The notes beneath the pieces were generated by a model. The model was not told the origin of the DNA and did not search any database. It was given only the letters and a program-made list of their open reading frames with translations. A stretch of 64,000 nucleotides of DNA from Lama glama (lineage: Eukaryota). Shown here one piece after another: positions 12,248-26,259 of the stretch (its first letter is position 1; every line of letters begins with the position of its first letter). Where the stretch lies: NCBI GenBank assembly GCA_028534125.1, contig CM052818.1, forward strand, positions 14,572,001 through 14,636,000, in the 5' to 3' direction. The position numbers were made by a program, and so were the translations under genes.

Positions 12248-12389
12248 ACATTTTTATTTATTTTTTTAGGGGAGGAGGTAATTAGGTTTATTTATTTACT
12301 TATCATTTTTTAAGTGGAGGTACTAGGGATTGAACCCAGGACCTTGTGCATGCTAGGCAGGCACTCTACCACTGAGCTACCCCCTCCCC
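12248..12389 (-). mobile_element. tRNA-derived camelid-type SINE
   Basis: gggattgaacccagg...ctctaccactgagctaccccctcccc; ttattattatt on both flanks (TSD-like). Confidence 0.88.
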
Positions 12390-12900
12390 TTATTATTATT
12401 AAATTCACAAGAATGAGAACATTTTTTAAAAGTCTGATGAGCACTTGTTTTCTATTATTTGTGAATATACATAATTGTGGAAAACATAAATTTTGTATCC
12501 TACTCTAAAGGCATTATTTTAGCAAATATGAAAGTGTAGTTTATTGAAGGTGCTGACAAGATTACATCTTTCAGTTTTCTTTGCCCATATTTAGCTGATA
12601 AAAATATAGGAGAAAATATCCAGAAAGTCTTTAAAGCTGGAATGAGTCCAGTCCGGGGCAAGGGATTAGTAAATAAAAGATCCATTAAATGACAGAGAAT
12701 TTGTTTTCATTTAATCCTTGTGAAATAAGTTGATGAAATTTACATGCATTCTATATCATCTCATCATAAAGTTGAGATTTTCTTATAAATAAAATAAAAG
12801 GTGATTTTAATGAATAACTTTGAACACAATGCAGGATTTGTCTTTTCCTGGACATTAGCTCAGAGCAAGGAATGTGCTAGGCAGTCAGTAAACATAAGCT

Positions 12901-12932
12901 ACCATCACCACCACCACCACCACCACTACCAC
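12901..12932. repeat. (CAC)n trinucleotide microsatellite
   Basis: accatcaccaccaccaccaccaccactaccac. Confidence 0.85.
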
Positions 12933-12964
12933 ATTATCATTATGGAGACCTCTAGAATTACTTC

Positions 12965-13445
12965 TGTGGTAGACTGCAAAAATCGTTGCACTTCTCAATC
13001 ACTCTGCATATCCGCACCAGTTACAATTTGACTTTGTAGCTTCTTCTATCAAGATCTGTGTGTATTTCTCCATCCCTTGAGCTTGGGCTGCCTTTGTGAC
13101 TTCTGGCCAATGGAATACAATGAAAGTAATAGTGAGTTCATTCCCATCTTAAGCTTCCAGAAGCCTTGAATGGTTTCTGCTTTCTCTCTTGGACCTCTGC
13201 CCATCTACCACATGAATAAACCTAGGCTAATCTGGTGAAGGATGAGAGACCATATGGCCCAGTTAGGCCAGTTGTCCCAGCTGAGGCTCCAGACACAAGG
13301 GAGTCCTGCCAGGTTCAGCTGAGTCTGGCTTAGGTCAGCAGAAATGCCCAGCTGACCCATGGACTTGTGAGCAATAATAAATAGCTGTTGTATTAAGCCA
13401 CTATTTTGGGGGTGACATGTTAGGCAGCAGTAAATAACTGATACA
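12965..13445 (+). mobile_element. MaLR solo LTR (MLT1G/H-like)
   Basis: tgtggtagactgc...ttaagccactattttgggg...gcagtaaataactgataca; TG...CA ends. Confidence 0.8.
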
Positions 13446-13449
13446 ACTT

Positions 13450-14990
13450 CCAAACAGACATAAACTGAGGGAGAGAACATAGGAGGGAAAACCCATCTGA
13501 AGGTGGGAGAGCTCTGTTTCAGGCATACGGAGTTTAAGATAACTGAGAGACATAATGTGGAGGTGTTGAGAAGTATAGTCTGATCTGAAGACAAAGATTT
13601 GAGAGAATTCATCATTAGTTGGAAGGAGATGCCCCAGAAATGAGTTTCATTTTCTAGGAAGACAGAAAAGAGAGCTGAGGAAAGAACCTGAGGGAAAATT
13701 AACATTGAAGGGATGAGTGGAGGAAGAAGAAAGTGGGAAGGAACAACTAGAGATGTAAGAGGAAAACTGGAAGGGGTATAATGCAAGAAAGACATGAGAG
13801 TTTTGCCCTTATTTTTTTTTTTAATTTTTAAAAATTGAGGTAACATTGGTTTAGAACATTGTATACATTTCATGTGTACAACATTATATTTCTACTTCTA
13901 TATACACTACAGTGTGTTCACCATCATAGATGAAAAGTTTAATTTCCATCTGTCACCGTACAGTTTACCCCTTTCTCCCTCCCCCTCACTTCCCCTTCCC
14001 CTCTGGTAACCACTACTCTGTTCTCTGTATCTACATGTTTGTTTTTGTTTGGTTTGGTTTGTTCATTTATTTCGTTTTGTTTGTTTGTTTGTTGTTTATA
14101 TTCCACATGAGTGAAATCATACAGTAGTTGTCTTTCTCTGTCTGACTTATTTCAGTTAGCATAATACCCACAAGGTCCATCCATGTTGTCACAGATAGGA
14201 AGAGTTCATCTTTTTTATGGGATATGTATATACCGCATCTTCTTTATCCATTCATCCATTGATGGGCACGGAGGTTGCTTCCATATGTTGGCTATGGTAA
14301 ATAATGCTGCAGTGAATATAGGGGTGCATAGATCTTTCCAAATGAGTGTTTTGTATTCTTTGGATAAATACCCAGAAGTGGGATAGCTGGATCATATGGT
14401 CGTTCTATTCTTAATTTTTTGAGAATCTCCATACTATTTTCTATATGTAAGTTCCCACCAACAATAAAAGGTACAAGAGCTTTAAATGACATTATCAAGA
14501 TAAACGAGAAAGTATCGAAAAGATCCAAAGCATCCTCCCATACACGGATGACTCTGTGTATTGGAAGTGCGAGGGGAGCATGAGATTAGCCCAGAGAGAC
14601 CATGAAGGATCTCATGTACCATCCTGAGGGGTCTGGATTTCAACCTGAAGGATTTTTCCCAAGGGAGTGTCTTGAAACAAGTTTTTGAAAATCACTCTGT
14701 AGCAATGTGGTAGGTGGGCTGATTGGAAGGAGCAAGGCAGAAATTGGGGAGACTAGTTGGGAGGCTCTGGGAGAGATCCACGTGACAAAGGATGAAGGCC
14801 TGAAATGAAGGAATGACTGTGAGCATGAAGAGAAAAGATGGATTCAAGAAAATGTGGGTGATGGAACTGATGGTGCTTTGTGACTGAGCATCCGTGGTAG
14901 GTGAGATAATACAGAATGACTCCTAGTTTTCAGGCTTAAGCGTTGGGGTAAATGGTCTGATTTAGATGGAAATAAATGTAATCCAGAAGG
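13450..14990 (-). mobile_element. L2 fragments, split by the L1 at 13811-14465
   Basis: Purine-rich degenerate L2 motifs (aatcactctg, gaatgactcctagttttcaggctt). Confidence 0.55.
13811..14465 (-). mobile_element. LINE-1 3' end (L1MA-like) inserted in L2
   Basis: T-rich tail and L1 3'-UTR motifs; ORF2 end peptide (PYDPAIPLLGIYPK). Confidence 0.85.
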
Positions 14991-15941
14991 AATACCCTGG
15001 CCTCACTGGACTCTGACTCCAACATAAAGTTATTCTTCCATAGTTTATCTAAATTCTTAGAGCATGGAGCCTGCACTGGAACTACTTGCTGGAGCCCAGC
15101 TCCTGTCAGAATGTCTTGTTTGTTATTTCTGACAGCATCTTAGAGGGCCTCTCGGCTGAGCTACTGAACAAGTCCCTTGGGTTCTTCCTCTCTGACCTGC
15201 TAATCTTGCCTCTTCACTGCTGCTGCTTCTGTCAGTGCCCTTCTGAGATCCTTGCTCTTCGGGATCAGATGACTTATGGTCCCTGCTGCCTGTGGACCCT
15301 TATTCCAGCCTCGGAAATGGGATGTCCCCTCTAGGGACTGACTTCGTCCACATTTGCTGCCTCCGTCTGGCGTCTCCAGAAGTTGCCCCTCCCTGTTTTT
15401 TCTTTCGGCCTTGCCTTTCCAGCCTCCACATTGCTGCAGGTCAGAACTTGGTGTTGCCTTTCACTACCTCCACATGACAGCAATTCCTCTGCCAGTAGAG
15501 CGACTCTAGGCTTCTCTGTATCTGAGTTGGTCTGAGACCCTAGATCTTTCTCTCTTCCAGTTCAAAGCAGTCCCCATTTCCTCTTTCTTGTCCCAAGAGA
15601 AACCACTTCTTAGGACGATAGAGCAGAAACATCCATTCTTTGCTGGGAAAAACTCCATATCCACCCACCGATCTGTGGTCTTATTCCGTTGCTCAAAAGA
15701 TGCCTTCACACAATAGTTCAAGGTTACCATGTTTCCCGTTGGCCAGGTAAATCACCCTTATCCTTGGTTACCTTGAGAAGTTCAGAATAAAGGGAAAGGT
15801 TTATGGGAAGATGGTGTGTCCATTTTGCCTTTGATGACGTTGAAAAGATGTGACATTCAAGTAGATTTGATTTTGGAAAAAATGAGAGAGAGAAAAGAGG
15901 GTGGGATTTCAGCATGTGGGTGGTAGTGGAGCTGACGGGCA

Positions 15942-16134
15942 TGGTGGCGTGCTGGAGCCGGCTTGTACTGCTGGTGAGGGCTGGTTTTGTGCATCAGTTC
16001 CCAACTCCACAATGATTGGTGGCTTGAAATCAACAGTGGCAAGAGTATGTACACCACACAAATCAGCAAACACTACAGATCTGGGGCTTTTTACCCCTCT
16101 GGAAGAGCTGTTTGTTAACATTTACCACACACTG
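15942..16134 (+). mobile_element. hAT DNA transposon relic, MER63A-like
   Basis: gtggcgtgctggagccggct...gttaacatttaccacacactg termini. Confidence 0.75.
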
Positions 16135-19094
16135 TTGTGGGTTGAGGGTGAAATCATCCAAAGAAAACAAATAGTAAGAGAGGAAAGGCTCTGAGAAAGA
16201 GCGCTAGGGAAGTAACATCTAGGGAGTGGGCAGAGAAGGAGGAGTTGTAAAGTATAACGAGAAGCACCCAGAGTGCAGCAAACACATTGTACTCTTGACA
16301 CTAAGTGAGGACAGTTTACAAAATAACCCTGTGGGATATGTGTCTCAAGATATCCATAAACAAGGTCACATTATGTGATGGAGACCAAAAGATGGCTATT
16401 CTTAATTTTAAAAGCTATTTTAACTATTGTGAAAAGCTCTTTTAAGTAATCAGAAGGACCACTTCATGGTCAAGCCAGTCAGTGATAAGGTTGCCGAAAT
16501 CATCAGCCAAGTGTTTTTTAATCTGGTTATCTTGGTCATTTCAATAACTGAATGATATAACCAGTTTATTCTTGGGCAGCAGACCTAGTCAAACTTTCCG
16601 TCCAATGACACAGAGTTATAAACATCAAATCACCTTATTTTGGAACTAGAAAGGATATTAAAGATCATCAGTATCCTAATTATCCAGCCAAGGAAATAAA
16701 GTGCAGAGAAAGAATGTGACACCATGTGACCACTATCCAGGCCTCCCAGCTCTGTCTCTCTCCTCCTGTCCCCACCTCCTCACAGGGATTCTCCCTAGGG
16801 GTAAAAGACTAACCTGAGTTCAGCTGAGATAAATCTTGAGGCAAAAATGTTCGAAGCCTTTTCAACCTTTTTTATTAAAATTCAAATAAATCAGGGTCCC
16901 TGGGTCTGTTCTCTTCTCCTTGGGAATATGTCCCCGACAGCATGCAAGGTTCAAGCCCAGCTCTGAATGCTGTAACCAAGGGAGACCAGAGGGTCTGCGA
17001 GCCATTTTGTTTCCAAGATGTTTGCAGGAGGAGCCTGTTTGGTGGACGTTCTCTGGTCCAGGAAGCTTGGTACCAACATTCTTTGCTTGTCTCGCGTACC
17101 AGTGAAAGACTCGCTTGCTTGCTGCATCAAAAGAAAAGATTTTGAACCGGATTCTAAATCACAAACGTTGTTCAGTGTTTATTTAAAATATGACAACTTC
17201 TACTGGAACCATGTAAAAAGAATAGCTTTGGTTTTATCGGGAATTCGAATCTATCCACTAGTATTATTTTCCACTTAAGCTCTTCAGGGGACTTGTGGTT
17301 CACGGTATCAACTTACTGAACAGCCTCATTTCCTGACTGCTGTTCAGAAGCTCGAAAGACACCCCCACGGCTTAGAGAGTGTGTGGGAGAAAATTCTACG
17401 CCTTTCCCTCATCAGAGACAGCTGCTAATTGAGTTTTCTTACTTCTTGACTTGAGTGGATTATGTGGCTGCCCCCTGCAGAGCTGGAGATCCAGATTGGA
17501 ACCATTATTCCTCTAATGATTGTTCCCTCTTATTATTGTTGTTTGTCTGGAGAGCCAGACGCTGAGTCCGCTTACTGCCCTCCAGGAGCCCGCAGGTCAA
17601 TGAAATGACCAGAACACTTAGTCCTTATTGTAATTTGCTGTATGTATGACTACAGTCACCCGATGCTCCCCTTGAGCCCTAAATTATTAATTTCCTAAAG
17701 TGGCATCTAATGGGCTGTGACACACGTCCCAGCCACCCTGCCTCTTACACATGCAGGCTGGCGGATGCCCCTCAGCCCAGATCTTTCTCACCTTCTCCCT
17801 TTACAGCTGGTTTCTACTCACTGTCATTTTCGTTCTGCATATTCTCTGCAAGCAGATTTCCTCTTTTCATCTGAAGTAAGTCATCTGGGGAAATTATCCA
17901 CTTTTCCGTTTTCAAAATATATTCTCCTTCTCATGTGGGTGTCATTCCTGAATAAATGGGTTCAGCAGTGAATGTGAATAACCCTTGCTCTCATCCGTCT
18001 CGCATGGTTTTGTTTCTTAATTTCCCCAATGGACTAAACATTTTTTTTTCAATTGTCTCTGTTATTTGTACCTTTTTAGCTTATTCTTTAAAAAATATTG
18101 ATTTCTAAAGTAATGTACAGTAAAAAGAAAGGAAACTCTATTCTGTGTTTTATGTAACAGAACCACTATACTGGATGTCTTGGTCACTGTTTTCAGTGGG
18201 TCCTACCAATCTTTTTTACATGTTACAACTCTACTCACCCACCACCAGTTTCTTTTTTCGTGCATTATACACACACATGCACACTCACCCACCCATGAAC
18301 ACGCACATACATGTATTCATTCATTTACTTGTTTCAGATATCTTACTTTTTCTTTTTGAATGCCTGGCCTTATAACTGGTTAATGTATTTGAGAAAAATT
18401 CTAAGTAACATTTCAGTGCCAGGTTTCTGAGGCCACTTGCACATCGCAATACCCTGGGAGAGAATATTTATCCGAGAGTTTCACTTGGCTGTAGACAAGT
18501 TGAGAAGTACAGACTTGGGAAACTTCCAGTGATGGCCTGTTGACCTTGGACAGTCACTTAAGTCAATGATTCCCCACAATGTCAGGGGTGACATTTCCAA
18601 AGGACCATAGAGCAATGAGAGAAATAAAATCAATAAAGGAAGTTTACAGAAAATTAGGTTTATTCAGTTTGACAAAAATGTGAAGTTTACACCTTTTCTC
18701 CTTTTTTGGAAATTAAATGTCCTTTATTTTATGATGGTGGTGACAATAGATGATAACTCTCCCCCCGCATATCTTTACTTGGCTAAATAAAAATAAAATG
18801 ATTATTATTCCCTAAGTTATTCTGGACACTTAGGGATTATTGGAATCTCAAAGTCTGAAAAGCGAACAATTTACTTCTTTGTGTTGTCCTGTTTGCTCAC
18901 CTCCCCCCACACACATCCTGTACTCTCTTCACTGTCCCAGTGGCATTTACTAATCCCGAATCAATTTAAAAATTCAAGGTCATGCCTGCATTGGTGTCTT
19001 CTTCCTTCCCAGTCATCATGCATGCTTTTTGTGGTAATTACCCTCTGGTTTTACGGGAAAACAGACCTCCAGAGATGCATCTGTGTATGCCTGT

Positions 19095-19820
19095 ATGCAT
19101 TCAGTAACAATTTGTTGAGTGCCTAGTTGCTGGTGGACTAGCAGTGACTAAGACATATGAGTCCCACCTCTCTTGAGGCGCCTTCTATTGGGGTGAGGGG
19201 CAGAACTGTGGGGCAGGGGTGAGAGTCACAGGAAACAAGTCAACACTTAAGTAACAGAATTCCATATAGTGACAAACAGGAGGTTAGCCGCTGCAATGAC
19301 TGGTGGTGGTGCTGGGGAGGGAGGAAGGGGCTGATTCAGATGGGGGCTCAGGGGCAGCTCAATGAGGGAACTGATGTTTGAACTGAGATCCGAATGACAA
19401 AGAGGAGCTCTCCATGAAATGACTGGGAGAAGAGCGCTCCAGGCCCAGGGAAGAGCACGTGCAAAGGCCCTGACCTAGAATTTGCTCTTTGTGGGGGACA
19501 GGGGTGTGGAGTGAGGGGACAGAGTCCCAAACTCTGTTCTGAACATATTAAAGTTAAGTTGATCATTGGCATCTAATGGAGATTTCACATGTGCAGCTGG
19601 ATATATTAGTTCTAAGTTCAGGCAAGAGGTTGAGGCTGTGGATAAAATTTGGGAAGCAGAGGTGTCTGGATGACTTGTAAATCAGGTAGGGGTGAGAGGA
19701 TAGGGCCAAGGAATGAATGTCTCTCATGTGAGTGGACATTGAGGAATTAAGGATGAACAATCAGGAGACAGAGAAGGAGCAGCTACAGAAATAGGAGGAA
19801 ATCCAGGGAAATTCAAAGAT
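19095..19820 (-). mobile_element. L2 fragment
   Basis: tttgttgagtgcct...gtgcaaaggccctga...gcagctggatata. Confidence 0.65.
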
Positions 19821-21149
19821 GAAAGAATTACACAAATGGGGGCCGACTATGCCAAAATGCAATGTTGGTGGAATTTTTTAAATACCAAAAAAAAAAACAA
19901 CCTTTGTTTATGTTATTTTAATAAACCTGCAGTTGTAATAAAGGCACAAGTAGCTTCTTTCACTTGATTTGGTCGCTGCTTAATTTAAATTAACCCCGGT
20001 TCCATGCTCACCTCCCCTCTCCTCCGCTCTGCTTGCTGCTTCTGTTTTTCCAGAAAAGCCTGGACCACTGGATTCCGAGCACCAGGTTAGGTTTGGTTAC
20101 TTTCCCCGGTAAGGGCATTCCAGCGAGTTCAGCCCACTGACACGGGGATCACTCTTAATTACCCTCTAATTCTGAAAGCTTACTTTCCTCTCATGCTGAG
20201 AAAAGAGAATATAGAGTTTTCAGAGACACTGAGTCTGCTCAAATTCCAGGATAGATTCAACCCAGTCTCCCTCTACCTAATCAGTGTAGATTAAATTTAT
20301 TTTGCATAGAACAGTTTTGATTTCCCATGAACAAGGTTAGTGAACTCTCAGATTCCCCACCCCGTCTCTTTTTTAGACCTTTGATGTCTTTAAAGAGTGG
20401 TCTTTTCCTCTACGCCTTTGAAAACCATTTAGAGAAGCAGAACATTTCGAAAGCAGGCTCACGTGGCGTTTCTCTCATTCCCCTTTGTCTGAGTGATGGT
20501 GTGAGGATAGCCTGGAAACCACGGAAGCTGGAGAGAAGAGGAGGCCTTATATTCTTAATTGTTACGATCCTGTTTTCGAATATCAGTTGGCAAAGGCACA
20601 AGATAGAACAAAAGATATGGGACTGGAATTTGAGAAAGCCGAATTCTGCTCCTAACTCTGGGCAAGTCGAAATTTCTTTTCAGAGTTTCAATCAGAGTTC
20701 CTCAGGTAAATGGGGCAGGCCTCCCTGTCCCAGCTAACATGGTATAGTATAAAAGGGTAGAATCATCTCCCTCAGGCAAATATAATATGAATACATGTCA
20801 AAGATTGTATTTATTGAGGGGAACATTACGATGTTAAAACTGGTCCAAAGAGCATTAGAGGTGTGTGTATACAATTTAATTTTAAAAATTGTAAGATTGC
20901 CAAGTTAGCTACAAAACCAGTTAATGTTCAACAGGACAATAAACTATAATCTTTGTAGGGCTTACCTGCTCAATTGGACAGAAATGATCTACATCTTCAC
21001 CAGACAAAAATTTTCAAGTTAGCCTGTGCACCTACCGAGGTATAAAGTCAGTAGAAAAGCAATCCCATTTCTGCACTGAAAAGAAGGCTTAGTAATCTCG
21101 GCCTATTTTCAAGTGTCAGATAATTTTTCTGAGAAACATGTATAAAACA

Positions 21150-21360
21150 ATAGTTGGCTAGCATTTCTTAAGTGCTAACTCTGTGTTGGTCAACACTTCA
21201 CATGTATTATCTATTTGGATGCTCACCACAATCCTATGAGGTAGGCACTTTTATTATCCCATCTGATAGGAAAGACGATTAAGGCTCAGCATGGTTAATT
21301 AATCAGCCCATGGTCACACAGCACGTAAGTGGCAGGGGTCACAATCAAATTGAGGTCTTT
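21150..21360 (-). mobile_element. MIR
   Basis: caatcctatgaggtagg...ttattatcccat...ggtcacacagc. Confidence 0.7.
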
Positions 21361-22109
21361 TTCCAAAATTTTTGTTTGACCTTGCCCCTATTATTATTGT
21401 TATTATATTAAGGGTCAAAAGGAATCATGAATGTGAAAGTGCTTTAAAGATTGTGAATGTGCATGAAATGAGAAGTTTTATTGTTAAATCGACATCACTG
21501 TTAAAGAATAAGGCAGAATGAGTTGTTGCCAGCCCAGTGCAGAGGGAGACGTGTTAATTATGGAAGAAGTCTATTGTCCCAGGAATGCCTCTGAGACTTT
21601 ATCTTAAATCTGTTCCCTTGAATTGAATAGTTTTTACTTAACTCAGCCTACTCTTTCCTTCCTCTTTTTTTTTTTTTGAGGGTGGATTTCATTGAGTTTC
21701 TTAGCCCGTTTTTAATTTCGTATGTAAAGAGGTATCTACTCTGAAACCCTTTCTCCTTTGTGTTTTCTTTTCTCAGCCTAGTAGAGTGAAAAGAACATGG
21801 GTCTCAGAACTAGATAGACCCGAGTCTGAATTTCAGCATCACGATTAACTCTGTAAGACTTTGGGCAAATTACTTAGCCCAGCTTGTCTCAAACCCTGTC
21901 CAACTGCATTGGAATCTCATGGGAGAGAGGGATGGGTACGGCTCATTCAACACACAGGAGAGGGTGCTGAAGAGTCTGAAATTTCAGATCCTCATTGGAA
22001 AGAGCAACACTGGTACCTACGGTGGAGGTGGTTTTGAGAAGTGATATCTAGTAGGACATCAGAAGCCTTAGTTCCGTTCTTCCCCTCTTCTTACCAATGA
22101 AGTCTGTTC

Positions 22110-22375
22110 ATTTGCCGTTTTCTCCTCCTGTCCCCTCCATATTTCTGTTCCCTCCCCTCCATTCCCTTCCTCTCCCCTCCTGTCCATCCAGTCCCCTTCC
22201 TCCTTTCCTTTCTCCTCTCATCCCTGCCTGTCCCCTCCCTTCCCTTCCCTTCTGTCCTTCCCCACCTCCTCTGTCCCCTTCCCCTCCATCACCTCCTGAA
22301 CTGCCCCTCCCTCCCCCTGTGCCCCTCCTCTCTTGTTTTTCACCCCCTCGTTCCCCTCTCCCCCTCTTCTCTCTC
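22110..22375. repeat. C/T-rich low-complexity polypyrimidine tract
   Basis: About 265 bp dominated by C and T, with many CCC runs. Confidence 0.9.
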
Positions 22376-23449
22376 ACAAGGACCCTGAGACCAGACAGCA
22401 CCTAAGCAATGAGACAGACCTGGTCCTCACTTTACTAATTTAGAGAAACTATGGAATTTCAATTTAGTGACAAGTGCTGGGGCCTCTTTCTATTCCGACT
22501 CACTTTGTCAATGAAGCAAACCCACCTGACTCTGGTCAGTGATCCTCCTAACACCTAGCCCGTCAGGCTGCCTCTGCCCTCTGCACTTGAACACGGTGTT
22601 ATGGGTCACCCCCATCTTCGCTTCACAGTTATCCGGAGACCAGGAGAAATGGGGTGATGAATTATTGCTGTCGTTTGTTTGTGAAGAGTGAGATAAGGAC
22701 TTCTAACTCCTGAGACCACCAAAGAAAATGTGCTGTGGTGACAAAAAAAAGTCAGACTTCGCCACCAAATATGACCTTAGCTGGTCAGGAAAACATGGCA
22801 AACACAAATTTCAAAGAGACTCATCTGTGGTCATTTCCACTGAAAACCAGAGCTTTTACGTTCAGTGTCCCTGGAAGAGAAACAAAATGGTATCCTGCAG
22901 GAGAGGAGGAGAGTTAATGAACTTGGTGAAGGTGGCCAGAGGCCAAGATACCACACAAGCCATGCCTCCTGCCAGCACCGTGGTAGACAAATGAAAACGC
23001 AGCCTGGGTTTCCTCTGTGCATGACCCCCCCCTCCCCCCGCGTGCTTCCTGCCCTGCCCTTGCCCTCTCTGCACACTGGTTTTCACTAGTCTCGCTCTCT
23101 TGGTATCAAAAAGGGAAGCTGGGAGGTGGGAGCTCAGGTGGTGCTCATCTCAGGGAGTAGCGGCTCAAGTTAGGAGGGTGACCTTGAGAACCCCACAGAG
23201 CCAAGCTACCTACTCCTGAAGCAGAGTCCAGTTTCACTTGAGTGTCTGTTGAATTCTCTTGTGTTACGTCTGAGGCTTTACTAGGTGGTGTTTACATGCA
23301 TTCTGTCAGCTGCACTCTGGGGAGGGCCAGTATCACACTGGGGAGACTGGGGAGACTGGGCCAGAGCACTGAATGGGTGTTGCCTCTGCTTACCCAGGCC
23401 CGCGAAGGACAGCAGGGGTTCAGGAGGCTTCTCAAAGGTCAAGGTGAGG

Positions 23450-23660
23450 AATAGGCACGTGCACAGACAGGGAAGGTAGATCAGTGGTTGCCAAAGGCTG
23501 AAGGAATGGAGAGTGACTGCTAATGGGTTCCTTTTCCAGGTGATGAAAGTGTTCTGGAATTGGTGGTGATTTTTGCACAACTTTGTGAATATATTAAAAG
23601 CATGGGTTTGTATATGTTGAGTGAATTTTATAGTATGTAAATTATATTCCAATAAAAAAT
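23450..23660 (+). mobile_element. Old L1 3' terminus (L1MB/MC-like)
   Basis: agtggttgcc...ggtgatgaaagtgttctggaatt...tatgtaaattatattccaataaaaaa. Confidence 0.75.
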
Positions 23661-24359
23661 TGAGGGGAGAAAAGGGGGAAAGGTGAATTTCAGAACAATG
23701 CTCAGTGCTGTCAAGGTCAGCTGCTCTCCCCCAGGTATCCTGCCTGCAAATCGTAAATGTTTTTAAGTGTCTTATATACTTTTCATAATTTTCATTCTTA
23801 TGGTGGAACAGTGGTCCACTGTGTATCATAGTTCATGAAGGGACAGTTCCAATGTTGGTGGTTGAAGAATGTTCCATTTTTTTTGCTATTATAGATGTCA
23901 AACAAGGGCAAGAAGTTTCTATTTCCACACTGCCACAAATCTTGGTTTTCCACAGACTTCCTCCTGGAATCTGTTTCCACAGTGCTGGACCCCTCCTTGT
24001 CCCTATTTTAACTCTCTGTGCCTTTTTGACTATAGTTTCACCTTATCCCCTTCATAAGCCTCCTCTCAACCCTGCCACCTGCTCTCTGCTGACTTACCCT
24101 ACTCACCCCCATCATAAAAATCCAGTTCATCTGACTGCGTCTGTTTTTATTGCTGGACTCACTGAACCATTTTGTAATATATTTATTTACCTATGTGACT
24201 TCTCTGCCAGACAGTGAGCCCCCTGAGGTCAGATACAGTGTCTTACTAATTTCTGATTCCCTACTGCCTCTGCTTGGCAGGTGGAAGGTGTAAAATATAT
24301 GCTAATTGAATTTAATTGAATTGTCAAGACTCTGAAGAACAGTGCTGAGTGTGTCTGCT

Positions 24360-25060
24360 TCCGTTGAATTATTCTCCTTAGTGCTATTGCAAAAACTGGA
24401 ATTACTGGGTCAAAAGACACACATGTTTTTCTGTGTTGCTGTAGTGCTTTCTCAAAGGCAGTACTAATTTGTAGTGCCACCTGAAATGAATGAGTGTGCC
24501 AATATCACTGTCACCTTGCCAGCCCATCATTTTAAAAAATGCTAATTTAGTAGATGTCAAATGACATTTCAAGGTTGCTTTAATTTGCATTTCTTTGATT
24601 GCTACCAGGGCTGAACATTTTCTCAGGTGTTTATTCACTGTTTCTTTTTCTCCTTGGGAGAATTGCTAGTTCATATCCTTTGCCCATTTATCTATCAGAG
24701 GGAAGAAATACAGCTAATAAATTTAAACCAGCTCCTTTTACATTTTACTTATGACCCGATAGTCTGTCATATATGATATAGGTTTTTTCATATTCTGTAT
24801 TTTTTTTACACTTTTGCTATTTTTTATTGTACAGAAGTTTGCAGTTTGTATATGTATTTATCTCTTTTTTCTTTCTTTATGGTTCTTTATAAAGTTTTAT
24901 GAAAAAAGTTCTTTCTCACAAATTTTCTAAATCTTTTATTTAGTGTTCTGTTCTTTTCTCCTAATAAAAAATTAACTAAGTAATCCATCTGAAGTATATT
25001 GAGTACTCAGCTAATTTAAAATTGCTATCACTAATCCAATACCTCTTATCAAATATTTCT
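24360..25060 (-). mobile_element. Ancient L1 (L1ME-like) fragment
   Basis: Degenerate ORF2 peptide MNKHLRKCSALVAIKEMQIKATLKCH. Confidence 0.65.
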
Positions 25061-26095
25061 TGTATCAGTTATGGTTATGTGACCACAACTAACAAAAATC
25101 CAAATAACAGTGGCTTAAACAAATAGAGGTTTATTCTTCTCACTTTGCAAGAAGTCTAGAGGTTGGTAGCTGTCCTGAAGTATACCTGTGAGATTTTAAT
25201 TTATAGAGGTAACTGAGTGATGATGACACAGATAGATATATGGCATTGAAAAAAGAATTTATTACTTACATTTCCTGATTAAAGAGGGCATGACATGCCA
25301 TGCAGGACCACCGGAGAAAGATTAAGTTTTGTTTAGAAGCAGGAGCTAGAAAAAGCTTAGGCCAGAGCCTTGACTGTGGCTTCTGTGAGAAAGACAAGGC
25401 GGGGCAGAGTGAACGGCTTAGAACTGGCTAGTTTGAATAATTCTGGTTGGCTTTGAGCTGTAAGGGTGGTCTGCAGTTGCCTTGTATGTGGCCCTGAGAT
25501 GATTTAAGGCAGCAGAAATATTGGCTTAATGTATGAGAGTTAAATAAATAAATGGAGTGGTTGGTTGTATCTGAGAAGAGCACTTCCCAAGCAGCTCATC
25601 CTGGGAGGGCAATCTCTCCCTGGCCACCAAGATTTTCAAGATGTAAAAACATTATAAGACACAGAAAATTTTAAAAATATGATTATTATAGTGGTTTCTG
25701 CATCGTTTCAGGGTCTCAGTGATGTTGAGGTTGGAGACCAAAATTCTCTTGGCCTTTCCCTCAGGCTTACCCCCTCATGGTTCCAACATGGCTGCCGAAC
25801 CTCAAGCTATCATACCTGTATTTAAAGCAGAAAGAATGTTGTATTCAAAGCAGGAAGGAAGGACAACAGTGAGAACCACAGCAGTATATTTTAACAGGAA
25901 GACAAACTTTTTCTCGGAAACGTACCTGCAGACTTTCATTTATGTCTCATTAGCCGGAACTGCATCACATGATCACATCTAGCTGTAATGGTGGCTGGGA
26001 AAGTATTTAATTCTTCCTGCTTCTGTAGTAGAAGACAGCAAGGGAGAAGGGGATTGAGAAGGACCATTGAACCAGCCAATAGAAGTGTGTGCCAC
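25061..26095 (-). mobile_element. MaLR LTR (MLT1J-like), apparently split by a nested ERV-type LTR at about 25171-25690
   Basis: tgtatcagtt...aacagtggcttaaac; resumes with aacatggctgcc...tgtgccaca. The inner segment carries its own tttatt signal. Confidence 0.6.
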
Positions 26096-26259
26096 ATATC
26101 TTCATACTCTCCTTACATTAAAAAAAACTATTTTGTAGTATTATATATAATATATATAATTTACATAGTTATACTTCAGTTTACACAAATGCTTCTGTAA
26201 GTTGTTAGGCCTTTTTAAGTCCGTTTTTGGTTCCATTATTATGATATAGCTAGCATATT

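Noticed and set aside
12801..13031. ORF with a poly-His run
   Set aside because: Translation of a (CAC)n microsatellite running into an MLT1 LTR.
13205..13873. 222-aa ORF, the longest without Ns
   Set aside because: It spans L1, L2 and MLT1 relics, has no recognisable domain and shows no exon structure.
22097..22405. Pro-rich and Gly/Arg-rich ORFs on both strands
   Set aside because: By-products of the C/T low-complexity tract.
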